Virus record (IMG/VR): IMGVR_UViG_3300030433_002104
Span: 41,192 to 105,191 of that record
Strand: one strand, 5' to 3'
DNA: 64,000 nucleotides
Origin: a virus
Taxonomy: Duplodnaviria; Caudoviricetes
Part shown: positions 58,411 through 64,000 of the stretch, one piece after another
Numbering within the stretch: the stretch's first letter is position 1
Layout: every line of letters begins with the position of its first letter
The notes under the pieces: model-generated
Database searches by the model: none
The model's input: only the letters and a program-made list of their open reading frames with translations
Told to the model about the DNA's origin: nothing
Made by a program: the position numbers and the translations under genes

Positions 58411-58439
58411 TTAAGTTACCTTTAAAGGTTGTAACTACA

Positions 58440-59342
58440 CTACCCTTTTGCTGTCCGTACATGGTTATTACTTTCGAGTTCCTCGCTAGCTTCTTCCTCC
58501 TCTACCTCTTCCTCTGGTTCTTCTTCAGCTTCAATGCTGATTTCTTTACCCGTCTCATCATCAATATAGGAAACCTGTGGGACAAACGAGCCGTCCTCAT
58601 TAAGTGGATTTCCATCTACGTCAACACGATTGCCATCATCATCAAGATACCACCCTAAATCGTTGATTTTCTTGCCCTTAGAATCAACTCTATTACCGTC
58701 CTTATCTACATACTCCATATCTTCATTGATAATGCCAGCAGCTCTAAGGAAAGCGTTTTCAGGTAGTCCTCTTTCAAATTCAGCATCAATCGCATAAATC
58801 ATCTCTGCTAGAGTGGCCGCAGCCGTAAAAGCAAGCGCATCATCAGCAGAATCTTGGTACTCATCCAAACTATTATACACTTTATTTCCATTTTCCCATA
58901 GTGTACAATTTGCTACTAAAAAGTCGAATTTTGCGTTGTCTGACAGCGCTTCTGCAGTATTGCCTTCGAGCTCTAACCTTTTAGCAATATGGTCTCTAAG
59001 CTCAATTCTTTTCTTCTTCATCTGCATGGCAATGTCTTTTGCCTCAGACAGCTTAATCTTCTTCTTCTTATTAATATAAAGCTGCTTTTCTAGGGCGGCT
59101 ATATCAGCTTGGATCTCCTCTTGTTTGGTCTCTTGGGCTTTTCCCCAGATACCTTTATCTTCCATTAGTGTCTTCAGCTCTTGCTTGGTCATAACGCCGT
59201 CCTGAATACATTCAGTCCAGACTGTAGCACCAATACGTTGAGCCCGTGAGTTAACACGGTTGGTTGGTTTGACAACTTTAATAGTGACCTTTTCACCATT
59301 ATCTAATGTTACATCTACGATTTTTTCTTTTGGATTAGCCAT
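58440..59342 (-). CDS. Probable tail assembly chaperone
   Basis: Immediately upstream of the TMP; helical; acidic tail; (Y)xDxDGNRVD-type repeats. Confidence 0.6.
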   Translation of the reverse strand: MANPKEKIVDVTLDNGEKVTIKVVKPTNRVNSRAQRIGATVWTECIQDGVMTKQELKTLMEDKGIWGKAQETKQEEIQADIAALEKQLYINKKKKIKLSEAKDIAMQMKKKRIELRDHIAKRLELEGNTAEALSDNAKFDFLVANCTLWENGNKVYNSLDEYQDSADDALAFTAAATLAEMIYAIDAEFERGLPENAFLRAAGIINEDMEYVDKDGNRVDSKGKKINDLGWYLDDDGNRVDVDGNPLNEDGSFVPQVSYIDDETGKEISIEAEEEPEEEVEEEEASEELESNNHVRTAKG

Positions 59343-59353
59343 AATTTCCTTCC

Positions 59354-59713
59354 TTAATTATTCTCTTTATTTACTACGGGAATTTGTATAGAGTATTTTA
59401 GCCATTTAACGTCATACTGTGCTAGTTCTGCATCAACATTTCTGGCTTGAGTATTACCTTTATCTAATATCTCTGAGCGAATCTTCTGATATGTTTCTTT
59501 CATATACCTTTGTTCGTCAGTCAATTGTCCATCTTCAGTAGCCCATAAAAACCCAAAGTGTTCTTCTACACTACTAAGAGCACCAATCATAGTAGTCTCA
59601 ATCTTCTTCCTGATTATCTTAGACAATCTATCTCTTGAGTCTACTTTGAATTTGTCCTCCCTTTGCTGTTTGTAATCCGATTTATCACGGATTAATTTAT
59701 TGAAGTTATCCAT
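59354..59713 (-). CDS. Hypothetical protein (tail-assembly region)
   Basis: Intact ORF with RBS AAGGA; TTMIGAL..E..FG.LW..RSEILD.GN motif. Confidence 0.6.
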   Translation of the reverse strand: MDNFNKLIRDKSDYKQQREDKFKVDSRDRLSKIIRKKIETTMIGALSSVEEHFGFLWATEDGQLTDEQRYMKETYQKIRSEILDKGNTQARNVDAELAQYDVKWLKYSIQIPVVNKENN

Positions 59714-59718
59714 ATCCT

Positions 59719-60762
59719 TTACCTCTTGAATTTATCCTTAAACATTTGATTTTGTCGTGTTGTCATTTTCAACTGTTCATCTCGGAATTGGTCTTGACCA
59801 ACCTGCCCTGATGACGCTCTTATCTGTGCATTCCTCTGGCGCTTAACTATCTTTGCGTGAGTAGTATTCATGTTGTCAATTTTTTCAGCTTCTTTTTGGT
59901 TGTTCGCAAATACAAAAATCTCACCAGCACCTTTGATTCTTTCATTCTTAGTAGAGTTCTCAAAATCATTCTGAGCGCTCTCAACTTCTCGTTTCTTTCT
60001 TTGTACAATAAACCAGCCGTCTAAAACATCGTCGTCATTAATAACATCTTCTGACGGTGTTTCGGCGGCTTCTTGTATATTATCATACATCATAGACCAT
60101 ACAACTAAATTTTTTTGGTCTACCGTTAATTCCTTGTCCGCATTTGAAAATAGCTCAAACTTGACCTTATCATTTAGTGCCCATATCGAACGCCAAGGCT
60201 CATTACGAGCAAGTTCTCTGATTTGTTTCTCGGATAATACCTGTTGTTGTTGGAGAGAAATTATTTCATCAAGTATTACATCTGAAAACTTAAATCTGTC
60301 ACCATTACAATAAGTTGAGTTTTGAACCAACCACCTGTGTTGCTCAGTCTTTGCGAATCCTTCGCAGGTGTTTGCAATGAACTGAGTTTTCTTTTGGAGC
60401 CTTTCTACCAATGCCCTTTCCGCCGCTCTTAAATATCTACGTGCTGCTTCTTTTACATCGTCCTTATTTCTATTCTCATACATCTGAACACGTAACTTAT
60501 CTATATCTTTTTTAACCCCTTTTATTACGTTGTCTTCCTCTTTAGACCACAAACCTTTTTCTAACATCCACTCTTCCATCTCGTCCTCAGTCATTATACC
60601 GTCTTGGGACGCTTCTTCATAAGCTTCTTGGTATACTAGGTTTGATTCTAATTCCTGTTCTATGTCGTGCGGTCTAATAATCAATCTTAAGCCTGCATGT
60701 TTGACTATGTATAGACCTGATCTGACTCTAGATACAAAATACTCCCGCGTATGCTGCTTCAT
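59719..60762 (-). CDS. Hypothetical helical protein, chaperone position after the tail tube
   Basis: Charged helical 347-aa ORF (IRELARNEPWRSIW, DDDVLDGWF). Confidence 0.6.
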   Translation of the reverse strand: MKQHTREYFVSRVRSGLYIVKHAGLRLIIRPHDIEQELESNLVYQEAYEEASQDGIMTEDEMEEWMLEKGLWSKEEDNVIKGVKKDIDKLRVQMYENRNKDDVKEAARRYLRAAERALVERLQKKTQFIANTCEGFAKTEQHRWLVQNSTYCNGDRFKFSDVILDEIISLQQQQVLSEKQIRELARNEPWRSIWALNDKVKFELFSNADKELTVDQKNLVVWSMMYDNIQEAAETPSEDVINDDDVLDGWFIVQRKKREVESAQNDFENSTKNERIKGAGEIFVFANNQKEAEKIDNMNTTHAKIVKRQRNAQIRASSGQVGQDQFRDEQLKMTTRQNQMFKDKFKR

Positions 60763-60786
60763 TACAAAACCTCATAGCGGGAGTAC
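60739..60786 (-). promoter_or_regulatory. Long RNA hairpin enclosing the RBS and start codon of the 347-aa gene
   Basis: TACTCCCGC (60740-60748) and GCGGGAGTA (60777-60785) form a perfect inverted repeat, extended by TATG/CATA. Confidence 0.7.
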
Positions 60787-60797
60787 ATATATATCAT
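60762..60797 (-). CDS. Putative 11-aa leader peptide (MIYMYSRYEVL)
   Basis: Strong RBS AAGGAAGGA; start context GAAGGATTAATTATG identical to that of dnaE-N; stop overlaps the next ATG (TAATG). Confidence 0.6.
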   Translation of the reverse strand: MIYMYSRYEVL

Positions 60798-60882
60798 AAT
60801 TAATCCTTCCTTAGCCGCAAGCCACTTGCTTTCCTAAACAGCTATCGCAAACTGCGGCGTATATCCAAATAGTATCAAACTA

Positions 60883-62058
60883 CTATTTATTAAACACACC
60901 CAAGCCAAAGCGAGCAACGCCTGATTGGTGAGGTGAGTAATTCAATGTGCCGCCATTACCAAGTGCAGCCAGTGCTGGGTCACCACTCGAAATAACATCT
61001 AAGTCATTGAAGTTGGTAAAGCTGTAAGTAATACTTACGTTACCACCAGTAGCGTCACCACCACCGTAACTTACAGAAGCAAGTCTGTTTTTGACGCCGA
61101 GGTCAAAGCATGTTGCGTTTTCCAAGGTTAACATGATGGCTTCTTCTCTAGTATTGTTACCGGATGCGATAGTAGCGCTTTCGCCATCATCAAACAGTGC
61201 TGGATCACCGTACTCGTAAGCACCAATGAAGTCACCGGAAATTGCAATCATTTCGATTTCACAGCTAACTTCGATTGGGAACGTGGTAGCTCTATAGTAT
61301 GGAGCTTTTCTACCAAGTTCTAAGATGTCTTCTCTTGAGAAGTCAGTACTTACATTAAAGCTTTGGAAGTGAACACGAGGGATCTTATTGCTACTATCGT
61401 AACCATTTCCAAGACCACTACCATTTGTACCGTGAATATCTCTTGGGAAGACACAGTTTGATAGCAGCACATTTTCTCTTCTTTGAATACCACCAAGGCC
61501 GGAAGACACAGGTGAATCAGAACCAAAGTTATTGCCTGCAGGATTAAGGTTAGTACTGGTGTCTCTTAACCAAGCTTTGTGATTACCAACTAAAGTAATC
61601 GACTCAGTTGCCATTCCATCTACAGGGATGCTGTAACTGACAGAGGAAATATACATACCAGACATGTCAACTTGAACTTGAGGCTTGTTGGCATTTATAG
61701 CGCCCTGCTCACCAACATAGTCAAAGCCGTCATTCCAGATACCAAGAGCCACGTCACATCGTTCTTTAGAACGGCCAACAAGACCATTTGAGGTTGCCCT
61801 TGGTGACGCTAGGTGATACAAAAGTGGAGCTCCGTCGATAACCTTTTCCATGGTTACTTCAACATCTGGAGTACCTTCGATGTTTTCATAAATCTGAATC
61901 TGGCCAAGCTCAAAAGCCTGTTCCAAATTAAAGTTAGTTGTAATTCCTACGCTCTGCACACCCTTAGCAATCTCATACTCAGTTGCTGCGTGGCCCATAT
62001 TTTTGAAGCCAACAGCTTGGCAGGCATAGAAAATTCTATTATTTGCTGATATAGCCAT
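60883..62058 (-). CDS. Major tail (tube) protein
   Basis: GVQSVGITTNFNLEQAFELGQIQIYE, with an internal duplicate FSREDILELGRKAPY; position between neck and chaperone/TMP genes; own promoter and strong RBS. Confidence 0.7.
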   Translation of the reverse strand: MAISANNRIFYACQAVGFKNMGHAATEYEIAKGVQSVGITTNFNLEQAFELGQIQIYENIEGTPDVEVTMEKVIDGAPLLYHLASPRATSNGLVGRSKERCDVALGIWNDGFDYVGEQGAINANKPQVQVDMSGMYISSVSYSIPVDGMATESITLVGNHKAWLRDTSTNLNPAGNNFGSDSPVSSGLGGIQRRENVLLSNCVFPRDIHGTNGSGLGNGYDSSNKIPRVHFQSFNVSTDFSREDILELGRKAPYYRATTFPIEVSCEIEMIAISGDFIGAYEYGDPALFDDGESATIASGNNTREEAIMLTLENATCFDLGVKNRLASVSYGGGDATGGNVSITYSFTNFNDLDVISSGDPALAALGNGGTLNYSPHQSGVARFGLGVFNK

Positions 62059-62086
62059 TTTAATTCTCTCCTAGTTAGAAAGTTTG

Positions 62087-62103
62087 TCTACTGTATTATA
62101 CAC
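62087..62103 (-). promoter_or_regulatory. Putative late promoter
   Basis: GTGTATAATACAGTAGA in the intergenic gap upstream of the tail tube gene. Confidence 0.6.
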
Positions 62104-62108
62104 AAAAT

Positions 62109-63077
62109 TTATACGTTAGTTTTTATTACTTCAGCCGTGAGCTTGACTATGCCAGCGCAGAAATTGCTGTTTATAACGTCCATGCCCTGAACTGAAGAGT
62201 TTTTAAGCCTTATATCTGGCCCATAGTGTTTCAAAACAAGTTGTTCAAAATTCATTGCGCCAGACACTGGCGAACCCTTATAATCCAGTGGAAAATCTCC
62301 ACTAGCCGCTATAGAATTACTATTAAACGCATAAAAGGTTTTATCATTCTGTAATGATACTATGTCAACTAATTTATTTCTAGTCATTTCATCTTCTGCT
62401 AAACAGTGGAACAATACGTCTGTATCGACATACGAACCGCCGCCTAACTGATATCCAGTGATAGTCCTTCGTGGAACAATCTCTATGGCTATTGCAGGTA
62501 ATTGCAGTCTAGCTTCTGGAGGCATGTCCCAGTCTCCCTTAGCAGCTTGGAAAAATTCACCATTTATATCATAAGATCTATACTGAACTTCTCTAAGCCA
62601 AGGAACGCTATTTGCATAAACAATATTTATCCACTTATAACTATGTTCTACTTGTACCTTACTACCTGTTGGTATTGGGCTATCAAACAAAACTCGTCCA
62701 TTAAAGTAATCTACATGATGAGCATAATCGCCCGTCGTCGTAGTAGGATAAAATGTATCGTCTACGTAAACTCCTGATATTCCCGGTTTGGTATTGTTAG
62801 TACCAACTAAGGGTGCTGGCGAATAATTGACCCCACTTTGCCATACCCAATTATTTCTGACTCCTTCCCAACAAGTCCCAGCTGTGAATCTTTCATCTGA
62901 GGACAATCTCAGCTTACTGTAATCATAGCCATTTGGCGCAGTTTCTCCAAGTGTGACGTTGAAGTAATTGCCCTTTTTAAGTAGAGCCCAATCAAAGAAC
63001 TCCACCATGTTGTCTTGTATCTCATTGTTTAAGGTAGTGTCTTTGACACTATTAAATCCTTTTAAGTGAAATGACAT
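62109..63077 (-). CDS. Neck/tail-terminator-like protein
   Basis: VDYFNGRVLF insert; QLPAIAIE...GYQLGG...DVLFHCLAE..RNKLVDI pattern; precedes the tail tube. Confidence 0.55.
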   Translation of the reverse strand: MSFHLKGFNSVKDTTLNNEIQDNMVEFFDWALLKKGNYFNVTLGETAPNGYDYSKLRLSSDERFTAGTCWEGVRNNWVWQSGVNYSPAPLVGTNNTKPGISGVYVDDTFYPTTTTGDYAHHVDYFNGRVLFDSPIPTGSKVQVEHSYKWINIVYANSVPWLREVQYRSYDINGEFFQAAKGDWDMPPEARLQLPAIAIEIVPRRTITGYQLGGGSYVDTDVLFHCLAEDEMTRNKLVDIVSLQNDKTFYAFNSNSIAASGDFPLDYKGSPVSGAMNFEQLVLKHYGPDIRLKNSSVQGMDVINSNFCAGIVKLTAEVIKTNV

Positions 63078-63080
63078 CTT

Positions 63081-63707
63081 CTACCTCAAAATTTCTGAAA
63101 ACAATGATTCTATTTGTTTTTCTTTACCCTGAAATGCTCGGGTTATAAAGTTATCAGTGGCTGTACCGGCAAATTGCGGAGGGACTCTCCACATTGATCC
63201 CTGCTTCATGCTGCCTAAGCCTGATCTTCCCTTGCCTGTATCTGGGAAGTATTCATATCCAACAATTATAGTCTTGTTCCCCTCTTTCAGTACCCAGTCA
63301 AGCCAATGCAGTCTATCACCCTTTTTGGTAGCTGTATAACCAGCCGGCAAGGATAATAGGTTAGCAAAAGAAATAGGTTGAAAATTAAGCACCGCCCTTC
63401 CTTTTAGCTTATTGTTAAATGGTGTGAATTCAAATACAGTTGAAAGAGCAACAGCGTCTGCTATCGAAGCAGCTATACTAGCCCCTGTGCCACCCCTGAT
63501 GCCAAGGTTTCCCGCAAGCTCGCCTCCTGTGGCTATGCTTTGCATCTCTGGCGTTTTAAGTATCCACTCTTTTACATATCTTCTTGCTTTTGACATAGCT
63601 TTGTTAGAACCAGCCCTAAGCTTTGAATTTATATGCTCAACTAAGGCTTTGTTTATTTTCTCTTCTATTTGCTTAGTTGTTTCTTTGAGTGTTACGCTTA
63701 TTCTCAT
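63081..63707 (-). CDS. Neck/head-tail joining protein (HK97 gp10-like position)
   Basis: WLDWVLKEG and WRVPPQFAGT..NFITRA; start ATG 63707 via TAATG overlap. Confidence 0.55.
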   Translation of the reverse strand: MRISVTLKETTKQIEEKINKALVEHINSKLRAGSNKAMSKARRYVKEWILKTPEMQSIATGGELAGNLGIRGGTGASIAASIADAVALSTVFEFTPFNNKLKGRAVLNFQPISFANLLSLPAGYTATKKGDRLHWLDWVLKEGNKTIIVGYEYFPDTGKGRSGLGSMKQGSMWRVPPQFAGTATDNFITRAFQGKEKQIESLFSEILR

Positions 63708-64000
63708 TATACTCTTTCCCAAAAGCACGCAAAATACTTATTCTGCTTAAGCCCTGCTGGCATCCAATCTCCAGTTCTCTGGAATTTTTGAACACCTAAA
63801 TCTTTTATGTCCTTATGTACTATTAGCTCTTTAGCTCTTAGTATTTTTGGCAAGTCAGTCATCTTGCCTATTGTTTGTATTGAGCCATCTGGAACTACTA
63901 TGTCAGATCCTGTTTTCACCCAAGACCTTGCATCCCAATATACCTTCAATACTATATCCTCTGTTTTTTCAACTTCTTTAAATACCTTATCCTCTCTCTC
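63707..64000 (-). CDS. 5'-truncated head-closure-like virion protein
   Basis: Frame is open to the window edge (EREDKVFKEVEKTEDIVLKVYW...FWERV). Confidence 0.5.
   Translation of the reverse strand, partial: EREDKVFKEVEKTEDIVLKVYWDARSWVKTGSDIVVPDGSIQTIGKMTDLPKILRAKELIVHKDIKDLGVQKFQRTGDWMPAGLKQNKYFACFWERV

Noticed and set aside
60762-60775. Programmed -1 frameshift fusing the leader to the 347-aa ORF
   Set aside because: G GTT TTG is not an X XXY YYZ slippery heptamer; the TAATG overlap is better explained by reinitiation
1-64000. CRISPR array, tRNA/rRNA genes, integrase or IS elements
   Set aside because: No repeat-spacer pattern, cloverleaf or transposase/integrase motifs seen by eye; intergenic gaps are mostly too short
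63991-64000. (CT)n run at the window end
   Set aside because: Too short, in frame within a CDS and at the edge, so it cannot be interpreted

Overview
This is a 64-kb fragment of a large tailed dsDNA phage (Caudoviricetes; AT-rich, gene-dense, standard genetic code), probably infecting Planctomycetota, as suggested by a Tat-exported DUF1501 gene. The + strand (1-27.5 kb) carries a CMP-nonulosonate synthetase next to a sialyltransferase-like ORF, a modular basic protein, and a Cys-rich lipoprotein/DUF1501/membrane-protein trio. It then has an intein-free split DnaE polymerase with a DnaQ-type exonuclease gene wedged between the halves, an SSB, a ~17-kb cluster of about 23 glycosyltransferase and sugar-modification genes, a homing-type endonuclease and a strand-annealing protein pair. 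A double GNRA hairpin marks the strand switch. The - strand (27.6-64 kb) is the virion module: neck/head-tail proteins, tail tube, three chaperone-position genes, a 1970-aa tape measure, a 3800-aa FG-GAP/LamG adhesin-like protein and further large tail-tip proteins. No sheath gene is visible. The main hypotheses are: (1) a virion O-glycosylation system, pairing the glycan cluster with strong Ser-Gly enrichment in specific structural proteins; (2) a PD-(D/E)xK nuclease-like cargo domain inside the tape measure; (3) a leader-peptide/hairpin translational switch in front of the first chaperone-position gene; (4) a three-gene split DnaE with a degenerate PHP domain; (5) a phage late-promoter motif GTGTATA(A/C)TA. 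All family calls come from motif recognition by eye; no searches were run.
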